From: a virus
Taxonomy: Duplodnaviria > Caudoviricetes
Strand: one strand, 5' to 3'
Virus record (IMG/VR): IMGVR_UViG_3300020044_002592
Location: 1 to 36,247 of that record
DNA length: 36,247 nucleotides
Shown here one piece after another: positions 27,801-35,573 of the stretch. How positions within the stretch are numbered: the stretch's first letter is position 1; each line of letters starts with the position of its first letter. Below the pieces are notes generated by a model, which did no database searches, was not told where the DNA came from, and saw only the letters and a list, made by a program, of their open reading frames with translations. A program made the position numbers and the translations under genes.

Positions 27801-28841
27801 CTACTTACCAACCGAGTTGAGGAACTGCTGTGGCAGTTCGCCATCGTTAAGTCTGCTCAGCCGACCTGATCCTTCTTCGATCTCAAAGTCAATGTCGTCG
27901 ACAAGGGTTCCAGCAGGACGTTTGTTCTTGACAAGGTTGACAGTGAGAGTGTGAGCATGGATGCGGGCTTCGTAACGGAGGAAGTCCAACTGTTCCATTG
28001 CCCGTTCACTGGCAGATGACTTGTCAAGTTTGGCTTCAAGGTCACGGATCTGTGATTCGATCTCAAACCGTTTGCGTCGCACACCGATGATGTGTGTGGC
28101 TTGCTGTTCACCACCAAACGAACCAGATGAGATGGTCATGCGTTTGCCGTCAGCACCAGATGAACGTGATGTCTGGTGTAGGACGAGCAGTGGCACGTCA
28201 TGCCTACGACCCCACGCTTTCAACGTGTTCGCCTTAGAAGGCACGTCCTCTCCACCACCTTGCAACAGTTCAAGATAGTCGAACACTACGAGGTCAGGCT
28301 TCTGACCCCACACGTCGGACACTTCGACTAACGCTTTCTCCATGTCAGAGAGAGCCATGGGTTGGTCGAAAACTGCAAGGTTGGGGAAGTGTTGCCGTGC
28401 TGTGTCGTTGAGAAGTTCAATGGCAGCCTGATCATCTGAAGCAACCTTACGTTCCAGATCACGGGCGTTCACGCCATGAAGAACACAGGCCAACTTGATG
28501 AGCACCAAAGTGCGAGGCTCATCGGGAACAAAATAGATTATGTTCTTATCCCTGTTAGCCATGAGCATCTGCAACATCGTCAACGTCTTGCCCGAGTGGG
28601 AGTAGCCGATGAGTAGACACATCTCGCCAGCAGCGATGCCTCGCATCTCACGATCAAGATCAGTGAACCCCGTATAGATACGCTCATGAGGGGACTGCGC
28701 CCACCTCACGAAATCATGGGCTGCATCCTCTAACGGACGATAGTAAACCAAAGGTTTCGTTGTCTCCTGAGGAACTGAGGGGAGATCCTCATCGGATCTC
28801 CCCAAAGCATTCCACTTCGACAGCAGTTCATTGCTGTCCAT
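27801..28841 (-). CDS. DnaB-like replicative helicase
   Basis: 'TGFTDLD', Walker A 'GYSHSGKT', Walker B 'VVFDYLELL', 'LHQTSR', 'LVKNKR'. Confidence 0.9.
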   Translation of the reverse strand: MDSNELLSKWNALGRSDEDLPSVPQETTKPLVYYRPLEDAAHDFVRWAQSPHERIYTGFTDLDREMRGIAAGEMCLLIGYSHSGKTLTMLQMLMANRDKNIIYFVPDEPRTLVLIKLACVLHGVNARDLERKVASDDQAAIELLNDTARQHFPNLAVFDQPMALSDMEKALVEVSDVWGQKPDLVVFDYLELLQGGGEDVPSKANTLKAWGRRHDVPLLVLHQTSRSSGADGKRMTISSGSFGGEQQATHIIGVRRKRFEIESQIRDLEAKLDKSSASERAMEQLDFLRYEARIHAHTLTVNLVKNKRPAGTLVDDIDFEIEEGSGRLSRLNDGELPQQFLNSVGK

Positions 28842-29293
28842 CAGGCTCCCTTAGGAGGCCAGAACGCTGCAGGCTCTTGCCCATCAACAGCGTCTGCTTG
28901 CTTGAACCAAGGACGCTTAGTGCCAACAGCCTTGTCACGGTTGTCCCACACCTTGGAAACGCCAGCCTTCTGGCATGCTGCAACCAACCAGTTAGGAAGA
29001 TCACCATGTTGCGTACCTGCCACACGAACAGTGCTAACTCGTGGGGCTGAAGGAGCACGCATCTCAGCGCTTACTTCCGATTCAGTAGTTACCTGAATGT
29101 TCTCAACAGTTGCACCAGGGAACGCCTGCATCACTCCCTCAATGTTGTTGGTCTTCTGCAACTTGTCATTCACATAGTTGAATGCAAGTTCCCAGTCGGA
29201 ACATGTTGCTTCAATGTTCTCTGTCTTGATGGTCAGTTCTGCAGCGATCTTCGCTGCAACCTGCATGATAATAGCCTGATCTTTGCTGATCAT
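28841..29293 (-). CDS. Conserved hypothetical protein of the replication module
   Basis: 150 aa, coupled on both sides; 'VWDNR...RPWFK...FWPP'. Confidence 0.75.
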   Translation of the reverse strand: MISKDQAIIMQVAAKIAAELTIKTENIEATCSDWELAFNYVNDKLQKTNNIEGVMQAFPGATVENIQVTTESEVSAEMRAPSAPRVSTVRVAGTQHGDLPNWLVAACQKAGVSKVWDNRDKAVGTKRPWFKQADAVDGQEPAAFWPPKGA

Positions 29294-30117
29294 TACTTAC
29301 CTTCCTTTGGTTGAATGTCCCCAGGGGACAACTTGCTTCCTTTACAAACAGACCACCATGAACACCAAGTCGACGAGCACAGATAGTGCGTGTCATTCTT
29401 GGGCCATGTGTCCTCAGTGCCGAGCAACATCGCTGACCTGATGAAAGGTCGAACGACATCTCGTAGCCACTCGGCATGGCTCTCATTGCGGTGGACTTCC
29501 AGAACCTGGGCAGCACCGCTCCGAACTAGAACACCGTACTTGAACGTGACAGGCCACGACATCCAGCCAAGTTCAACAGCAGCAGTGGCATACATCGTGG
29601 GCTGAATAGCCTGCGACTGCTTGTCTCTGACACTGTACTTCTTGCCAGATGTTTTCCAATCCCACACTGCAGTCTCAGTGACACAGTCAATCGTACCCAT
29701 GCCATGAACCCTGACGACCTTGTCGTTGACTGTCATCTCATCAAGAAGAAACGTGAAAGGCTTCTCAATTGCGACAACATTTCCGACCACAGGTGCGATG
29801 TTCTTCTCCCACTCTTTGACGAGTTCGTGGGCATGGTCATACAACTCCTCGTTGCTGTACTTGACACGAGCGAAAGGCTCACCAAGAAGTTTGTTCAACT
29901 CTGCGAGGGCAGCCTTCACCCCGTCATCTGTTCCTTCAAGGATCGCAGCGATGCCAGCATGCACAGCAGTACCAAGGATGGTCGCATCATTAGGCATCGA
30001 CCATGTAGGACGAACGATGCCTTGACGGCCCCGTTCGTTGCACATCATGGCATCATTGATCCATGACTGACGGACATAAACATCTACCGACCCATCGTCG
30101 GCGTAAGTGAATTTCAT
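29293..30117 (-). CDS. Cas4/RecB-like PD-(D/E)XK exonuclease
   Basis: 'GTAVH', 'GTID...DWKT', 'QPTMYA', one N-terminal and three C-terminal Cys (CSSTWCSWWSVC). Confidence 0.9.
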   Translation of the reverse strand: MKFTYADDGSVDVYVRQSWINDAMMCNERGRQGIVRPTWSMPNDATILGTAVHAGIAAILEGTDDGVKAALAELNKLLGEPFARVKYSNEELYDHAHELVKEWEKNIAPVVGNVVAIEKPFTFLLDEMTVNDKVVRVHGMGTIDCVTETAVWDWKTSGKKYSVRDKQSQAIQPTMYATAAVELGWMSWPVTFKYGVLVRSGAAQVLEVHRNESHAEWLRDVVRPFIRSAMLLGTEDTWPKNDTHYLCSSTWCSWWSVCKGSKLSPGDIQPKEGK

Positions 30118-30425
30118 TTCTTCCCCTTAGTCATCTTCTCAACTTCAATCATATCGGAGTAGAGAATGTTTGGGTTGGATTTCATGAGGCGACGAATCAC
30201 ACGGCGCTGAGTGTAGGTGTACCCACCAAAGATGCCGTACCTGTCATCAGGTTCGTTCATCACAAAGTCAAGGCAGTCACCCCTGACAGGACATTCCGAG
30301 CATGTCTTCTTCGCAGTGCGGACAGTGCCTCCACTGTCACCCACCTCAGGGAAGAAGATGTTCACATCCATGCCACGACATGCAGCAAGGTCACGCCAAT
30401 ACTTATTACCAGTTGGTTTCATCAC
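30114..30425 (-). CDS. whiB: WhiB-family Fe-S transcriptional regulator
   Basis: 'WRDLAAC..MD..IFFP...AKKTCSECPVRGDCL...YGIFGG...QRR'. Confidence 0.95.
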   Translation of the reverse strand: MMKPTGNKYWRDLAACRGMDVNIFFPEVGDSGGTVRTAKKTCSECPVRGDCLDFVMNEPDDRYGIFGGYTYTQRRVIRRLMKSNPNILYSDMIEVEKMTKGKK

Positions 30426-30426
30426 G

Positions 30427-30568
30427 ATCTCTTTCAGAGATAAGAGTGCAACGACAGTTGCACGGTTGTTTTCTTTTTCTGTTTACTAGATCCATCCCGC
30501 CCCTTGGAGGGCGGGATGGATACTGTATCCCCTGTAGGGGGATCACTTCGTGATCAGTATACACGAAG
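30427..30568. other. Dense cluster of inverted repeats upstream of whiB (structured leader or replication origin candidate)
   Basis: Stems at 30427-30441 (6 bp), 30446-30463 (7 bp), 30490-30521 (13 bp), 30527-30543 (6 bp), 30541-30555 (6 bp), 30546-30568 (7 bp); T-rich tract about 30466-30484. Confidence 0.7.
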
Positions 30569-30591
30569 GGTGGTGGTAGTTTCGCGGATGG

Positions 30592-31119
30592 TCATTTACC
30601 CCAGGGTTTCCATCCTCCTTCATGTCGTTGCTCGGAGTACTGGTAGATGGCGAGCGCTGCTCGCAGGTTTGTTGCGGGGTCAAGCAATTGGTTGCAATCT
30701 GTAATTATGTTTGCAGATTGCAAGTATCCTTGCTCTTTGCCTCGGTGTTTCTTGCACCAGAACATGTTGATCTGCATTAGACCAAGCGACCCGCCGTAAG
30801 GGTCAGTGTCGTTGAACACGGACGCAATACAACGTGACTCTCTGTACATGATCTTCGACATCTTCTGCCACAGTTCAGCAGGCCAACCAACACTGATCGC
30901 AGTTGAGTACCATTCGGCACAATCAGTTGCGGGCAACGTCGTTGTCGTCGTACTAGAAGTGGTCGTTACGCTGGGCTTTTGTAGCGGGACGTACACTATC
31001 TTCGGTAGCCGAACAGTGGTAGTGGTGACGGACTCACGCCCGTCACCACCCACACTAATCGGATTGATTATGAACGACATGCCAGTCAAGTAGGCAATGA
31101 TGACAGCAATGATCTTCAC
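30592..31119 (-). CDS. Secreted/membrane-anchored SLT-type lytic transglycosylase
   Basis: Hydrophobic N-terminus, Thr-rich linker, catalytic 'RESRC', 'GLMQIN', 'LLDPATNLRAALAIY', 'GWKPW'; GGAGG SD. Confidence 0.85.
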   Translation of the reverse strand: MKIIAVIIAYLTGMSFIINPISVGGDGRESVTTTTVRLPKIVYVPLQKPSVTTTSSTTTTTLPATDCAEWYSTAISVGWPAELWQKMSKIMYRESRCIASVFNDTDPYGGSLGLMQINMFWCKKHRGKEQGYLQSANIITDCNQLLDPATNLRAALAIYQYSEQRHEGGWKPWGK

Positions 31120-31130
31120 TGTTCCTCCAA

Positions 31131-31397
31131 TCAGAACGGTTCCTCACCGTCCGCTAGGTACACTTCGGACAGACCGAGGGTACTCATGTACGAGATGATG
31201 GACTCGTACGTCTTCCTGCCCAACTCGTACCTGATGTCAGCGATTTCATCCAGCACTTCGCCCGTATCTTTCACGAGCATGTCTGTGATGTTGCATTCGC
31301 CAACACCAAATGACCAGTTGAGAACATTGCCCTTCTTGTCGAAGAACAACAGGATCTCTGTTTGAATACCTAACGAGTAGTCATACGTTCTCGTCAT
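31131..31397 (-). CDS. Hypothetical protein
   Basis: 88-aa ORF in a tightly packed operon. Confidence 0.65.
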   Translation of the reverse strand: MTRTYDYSLGIQTEILLFFDKKGNVLNWSFGVGECNITDMLVKDTGEVLDEIADIRYELGRKTYESIISYMSTLGLSEVYLADGEEPF

Positions 31398-31638
31398 CTT
31401 TGAACACCTCCACTGTGTCGAACTCGTCCCATTGGACGAATGTTTTTTCTCCTATGTGCCATAGCATGACACCTTCTTCGTTGCAGTACAGCACCTCGCC
31501 ACACGCAATCGCAATGTCTGCCCCGTCATCACTGAGATGACGGGACGAGAGACACACGACTGATTCTTCAAGGGTTCCGAACAGATACTCACGTTCATCC
31601 TTTGAGTAGCGACGTACAACTGAGATGTGATTCATCAT
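31381..31638 (-). CDS. Hypothetical protein
   Basis: 85 aa; ATGA overlap. Confidence 0.65.
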   Translation of the reverse strand: MMNHISVVRRYSKDEREYLFGTLEESVVCLSSRHLSDDGADIAIACGEVLYCNEEGVMLWHIGEKTFVQWDEFDTVEVFKDDENV

Positions 31639-31874
31639 GTCGCCCCATCCAGCACACTCAAGATCTCCTGTTGAGCACCGACAAGAGCACGCAGATCTGC
31701 AGCAGCATGATCGTAGTACTTGCCAGGGTGCAACTTACTGATCTTGTTGTTCAGATTGTCGATAGCAATACCGACAGTCTTATGAAGGGCATGCACCTCA
31801 CTGAGCGTGAATAACAAACTCAGTTCTGGTGTATCTTTCACGATTGACTTCGTGTATTTTTCCCAGTCATCCAT
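31635..31874 (-). CDS. Hypothetical protein
   Basis: 79 aa; AAAGGA SD. Confidence 0.7.
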   Translation of the reverse strand: MDDWEKYTKSIVKDTPELSLLFTLSEVHALHKTVGIAIDNLNNKISKLHPGKYYDHAAADLRALVGAQQEILSVLDGAT

Positions 31875-31885
31875 GTGATTTCCTT

Positions 31886-32887
31886 TCAGTTGAAGACCGA
31901 GACGGCCTTGTTGGTTAACGGGAACTTGTCGTCCATCAGACGACGGATAGCAGCCATGTCACGGGTGGTGTTGCGCACCACACTGCGATGCTGCTCATAA
32001 CCCTGCACTGCCATGACTGCGTCGAACGCAGACTCAAAGCGGGTCTTCTCATTCCACTCAGCGACGATGGCATCGAACGCTGTGTCATACATGGTCTGAG
32101 CACGGCCCGCATCATCGGGACGTGAACCGATGACAGCAGGGATAACCTCACGCTGGAACTGACCGACCCGAATAGGGATGTCCAACAGACGTTGGATTTC
32201 CAAGTCGAACTTATCGAACGACCTGATCATCATCTCCAACGACTGGATCGCAGACGTAGCAATGTCCTTAGCGTTACGGGTGTGACGCACAGTCAGACCA
32301 GAGTCAGCATTCCAAGGGGTGAAAGTATTCTGACACACCCACAGGTTGTTCATGTACTTCACAGACAACGGATACGAACCGTCATGCGAAGTGTAGATAC
32401 CCATGTAGCGAGTCATCTTGTCCTCATCAGTGCCGTCACGACGGACAACCTTTACCATGTCACGGAACTCAACGACAAGGAAGATAACCTTGCCACCCCA
32501 CAGTTCCACAGCAGACACAGGGAACGCATCACCCCGAGCCTGGAACAACACGTCTGCATACTGACCGAGCACCTCGTTCTGCACCTCACCATAACGGTCA
32601 GAGTGCATACCCAAGATACGATCCTTGTCGGTGCGAATGATCGCAGCATGATCGTCAGCATTCTCAAGGGTGACACCAAGGTCAGCGAGCGTGCGCTTCT
32701 CAACAGTCCAGTCAAGACCAGCAGTGACCAGAAGTTCACGACCAGTACGCACACTGTCAGAGATAGGAACCTTAGTCCCTACGATCTGACCCTTGTTGTT
32801 GGTGGAATCACCGAAGCCATGCCACGGTTCGGCACGGAACGCACCACTCGTAACACCACCAAGTACACCATTCTTATCGTAACCCAT
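31886..32887 (-). CDS. DUF932 family phage/plasmid-like protein
   Basis: ATG 32887 after AAAGGAG; 'PWHG.G', 'AGLDWTVEK', 'Y..VQN', 'L.GGK', 'SHDGS', 'VCQNT', 'VRHT'. Confidence 0.85.
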   Translation of the reverse strand: MGYDKNGVLGGVTSGAFRAEPWHGFGDSTNNKGQIVGTKVPISDSVRTGRELLVTAGLDWTVEKRTLADLGVTLENADDHAAIIRTDKDRILGMHSDRYGEVQNEVLGQYADVLFQARGDAFPVSAVELWGGKVIFLVVEFRDMVKVVRRDGTDEDKMTRYMGIYTSHDGSYPLSVKYMNNLWVCQNTFTPWNADSGLTVRHTRNAKDIATSAIQSLEMMIRSFDKFDLEIQRLLDIPIRVGQFQREVIPAVIGSRPDDAGRAQTMYDTAFDAIVAEWNEKTRFESAFDAVMAVQGYEQHRSVVRNTTRDMAAIRRLMDDKFPLTNKAVSVFN

Positions 32888-32910
32888 TACTATCTCCTTT
32901 GTTTTTATTT

Positions 32911-32958
32911 TGCACCCCGATGGTGCATGACCACCCGCCCGCCTCAGCGGACGGATGG
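32911..32958 (-). other. Two-hairpin structured leader of the DUF932 gene
   Basis: 12-bp stem 32931-32958, fully paired only on the - strand via two G-U pairs; 6-bp TGCACC/GGTGCA stem 32911-32927. Confidence 0.65.
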
Positions 32959-32975
32959 ATAACACGTCGGGGATG

Positions 32976-33503
32976 TCACCAAACGTCGACCGAAGTCGAC
33001 TTGCGTGTATCTTGCATGTCCTTGACAGTGATGAGATCACCATGGATCTCAGACGGGATGTTCTCCACGTCACCCTCAGCATCCTCAACCTCACCCTTGA
33101 CATAATCAAGGATGTCTTCCTTGCTCATGTACGACGGAGCCTTGACAACCATCTTGATTGTCCACTCCTGAGAGACATCGATATTGATTTTGTACTCAGT
33201 CTCAAACGGATACTTCAACTCTCCGCTCTCAAACCAAGCCTGAAGATGCTCAAAGTGGTGAGCGTCATCGTCGTCGACAACACTGTTGGAATAGAGATCA
33301 TCCAACGTATCGTTGACAGCCTTGAGAAGATTGGCGTACGAGGTAGCCATTGACTTGCGCCAATTCTCTTCTTGGACAAGACGATGGTTGAGTCGGTCGA
33401 CATCAGCGACCAGATCGTCGTACCTTTCTTCTTGTACCCACCCCTTAAGAGGGGAAGATGGGAACGACAGGTTGGCAGTGCCAGTAGTGCTAATGATATT
33501 CAT
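32976..33503 (-). CDS. Acidic hypothetical early protein
   Basis: 175 aa; AAAGGA SD. Confidence 0.75.
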   Translation of the reverse strand: MNIISTTGTANLSFPSSPLKGWVQEERYDDLVADVDRLNHRLVQEENWRKSMATSYANLLKAVNDTLDDLYSNSVVDDDDAHHFEHLQAWFESGELKYPFETEYKINIDVSQEWTIKMVVKAPSYMSKEDILDYVKGEVEDAEGDVENIPSEIHGDLITVKDMQDTRKSTSVDVW

Positions 33504-33520
33504 GATTTTTCCTTTTGTTT

Positions 33521-33537
33521 TGTAGGATGATCCTACA
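33521..33537. promoter_or_regulatory. Operator-like palindrome copy 1: TGTAGG-ATGAT-CCTACA
   Basis: Intergenic, 17 nt upstream of the 33503 start. Confidence 0.75.
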
Positions 33538-33572
33538 TCTGATGAGATTTTATTAACTATCTGTATTGAAGT

Positions 33573-33905
33573 CTATCGTGCGTGTCTACGAATCACAACC
33601 CCCTTCCTCATATGAAGAGGTGTCTGACCCTTCATGTTGAACCGAGGCAGCATCGACTCAGCAGGATGCAAAGGAATCCTCGCAAGAGTCTGCCACTTAT
33701 CAGTGAACGAGAAGAAAGGACTGTTGTACGGATACAACACGATACTCATCTGATCATCCTCCTCATAGACGTTCACGTCCAAGTTGTCAGACCACCCGTA
33801 CCACCAATCCCCACTGTCATCATACTCAGCGAGAGCAAACTTGATGATCTCACGCACAGTACGATCACTAACAAGAATAACTTCCATCTCAATCTTCCTC
33901 CTCAT
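33573..33905 (-). CDS. Hypothetical protein (start may be a downstream GTG)
   Basis: ORF in operon context. Confidence 0.6.
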   Translation of the reverse strand: MRRKIEMEVILVSDRTVREIIKFALAEYDDSGDWWYGWSDNLDVNVYEEDDQMSIVLYPYNSPFFSFTDKWQTLARIPLHPAESMLPRFNMKGQTPLHMRKGVVIRRHAR

Positions 33906-34074
33906 TCATGGGATGAAACCAATCATCATCCTCATCTAACTCCTCCGTCAAAGACGGCGACCACTCATGTACAAAATCAAAGTAATGATCAGCACACTTC
34001 TGAACAGCGTCCTCCTCATCATCAGCCCAAACATCAATGCCGATGATCATCGTCGAACGGTAGCGCTTCTTCAT
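33889..34074 (-). CDS. Small acidic hypothetical protein
   Basis: 61 aa; starts 1 nt after the GP88-like stop. Confidence 0.65.
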   Translation of the reverse strand: MKKRYRSTMIIGIDVWADDEEDAVQKCADHYFDFVHEWSPSLTEELDEDDDWFHPMNEEED

Positions 34075-34075
34075 G

Positions 34076-34981
34076 TCACCACCCTTTCAACGTGACGACG
34101 AACCCAGACTTGCCGATGAGCCGACGAGCCTGACCCTTAGCGGACAGATCACCTATCACAGGACGATCAGATAACATCCACTGATCAGAGATGTCGGCAT
34201 CAACGACATCGACATCCTTGTCGACGCTGAAGAAATTACGGATCGCATCCCTGTCAACAGGCTCATACTTCTTCCGATCAGTAACGACAGCAATCTTGCC
34301 ACCATTCTTGAGCAGGATACGTTCACGCACCATGTCAGACCCCTCGTTATGAGAGTACGCATAGTTGAAACCGATAGTCCACAGATACTGATACGCACTG
34401 AGAATGCCAGGGTTCTTGGAGTACCCATAGACAGTGACACCCTTGAGAGTGCCAAGTTCTGGCAGGAACTTGTGCCACGACAGATCAGAGTTGACATCGG
34501 GACGGAACAAGATACGACCATGCTTGCGCACAGCCTGACCAAGTTCGTAACCGAGCGCCATTACAGCAGTCGACGGATACTTCCAGAACAGATCTGTACG
34601 CCACAACCAGGCACGACGCACAGAATCGTACGCACCCTTGCCAGTGTTGAGCACACAGACCTTGGCACAATCGCCTGCCCAAGGACACAGATTCAGATGC
34701 TCATGAAGACGCTCATGAGCAAGAGTCAACCCGTACGACGGGACACTAGCGCCACGCAACTTAGAGTTATCGTCGGGAGCGGTAAGCATCGGCATGTAGA
34801 CAGGCTTGAAGCCACGATCACCACGCACCGAACCGACCACCTCCTTGACGTTGTGTGACAGAGGACGACCATGAAGACCAAGGTCGTAGGCGAGATGAAG
34901 AATCTCACCAAGTTCACGGCCCTCGTTGCGCTCACTCATAATGTGAGCGCCCAAGGACGGACGGACAATGACATTACTCAT
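34076..34981 (-). CDS. GP88-family protein (Cys-triad, radical-SAM-like)
   Basis: 'NSKL', 'LTLA', 'LCPWAGDCAKVC..NTGKG', 'R.DVNSD', 'YGYSK', 'VDAD.SD', 'L.AKG.A', 'SGFVV'. Confidence 0.75.
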   Translation of the reverse strand: MSNVIVRPSLGAHIMSERNEGRELGEILHLAYDLGLHGRPLSHNVKEVVGSVRGDRGFKPVYMPMLTAPDDNSKLRGASVPSYGLTLAHERLHEHLNLCPWAGDCAKVCVLNTGKGAYDSVRRAWLWRTDLFWKYPSTAVMALGYELGQAVRKHGRILFRPDVNSDLSWHKFLPELGTLKGVTVYGYSKNPGILSAYQYLWTIGFNYAYSHNEGSDMVRERILLKNGGKIAVVTDRKKYEPVDRDAIRNFFSVDKDVDVVDADISDQWMLSDRPVIGDLSAKGQARRLIGKSGFVVTLKGW

Positions 34982-35009
34982 ATGATCTACCTTTCATGTA
35001 GATTTGATT

Positions 35010-35195
35010 TCATTCTTCGATTACAACATACATGCCCGAACGATAACGATCAGTCTGATACTGAGCGTTATCGGCAGGGACACGGACAACACGCACCCGA
35101 AACTTTATCGGCCCGATCTTACGCATCTCATCATGAGAGTAGACCGAATCCCAATAGTCATACGACTCAGGAGCATTCGTCAAAACAGTCTTCAC
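35010..35195 (-). CDS. Hypothetical early protein
   Basis: GGAGG SD before GTG; 'QTDRYRSGMY' C-terminus. Confidence 0.7.
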   Translation of the reverse strand: MKTVLTNAPESYDYWDSVYSHDEMRKIGPIKFRVRVVRVPADNAQYQTDRYRSGMYVVIEE

Positions 35196-35217
35196 TTTTC
35201 ACCTCCCTCCCGATCAA

Positions 35218-35234
35218 TGTAGGATGAACCTACA
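35218..35234. promoter_or_regulatory. Operator-like palindrome copy 2: TGTAGG-ATGAA-CCTACA
   Basis: 22 nt upstream of the 35195 start; overlaps the stop of the upstream ORF. Confidence 0.75.
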
Positions 35235-35400
35235 ATAGGTTGCGACGACGTGCCTCACGTCGGAGCAAACCGTCACGCTCATAGTACGTCATGTCCCTTG
35301 TGAGCCACATCTTAGGAAGATCAGTCACCCGACCCTGACGAATCGACGAGAGCAGATCAGAATCACTGATCGAATGAAGAGCAGAAGAAAGAATCTCCAT
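35230..35400 (-). CDS. Hypothetical protein (MEILSSALHSISDSDLL...)
   Basis: C-terminal part of the 35230-35469 ORF; start uncertain. Confidence 0.45.
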   Translation of the reverse strand: MEILSSALHSISDSDLLSSIRQGRVTDLPKMWLTRDMTYYERDGLLRREARRRNLL

Positions 35401-35526
35401 CGCATCGATAGGGCAACGAGTCAACCGCATCACACCAGGTAGAACCCACAGAAACCAAAACCCGACCATCCCCTACCTTTGAGGGCCAAGGCCTTCCCAT
35501 AGTCCCGAATCCCTTCGGGGCCAGAA

Positions 35527-35543
35527 TGTAGGTTCGTCCTACA
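35527..35543. promoter_or_regulatory. Operator-like palindrome copy 3: TGTAGG-TTCGT-CCTACA
   Basis: 30 nt upstream of the 35574 start. Confidence 0.75.
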
Positions 35544-35573
35544 TCGTTCATTGACAATTGAAGAGGAGAAGAC

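Noticed and set aside
30004-30015. TGTAGGACGAAC partial match to the early palindrome inside the exonuclease gene
   Set aside because: Second arm absent and the site is intragenic; likely chance
29293-30117. Cas4-like gene as evidence of CRISPR-Cas
   Set aside because: Solo Cas4/RecB-like exonucleases are routine in phage replication modules; no array
30553-30595. 13-aa mini-ORF MTIRETTTTLRVY on the - strand as a leader peptide
   Set aside because: Very short, overlaps a likely -10 element, and there is no attenuator U-tract; cannot be supported from sequence alone
35551-35556. Perfect TTGACA -35 hexamer
   Set aside because: No TANNNT at 16-18 nt spacing; that position falls on the start codon
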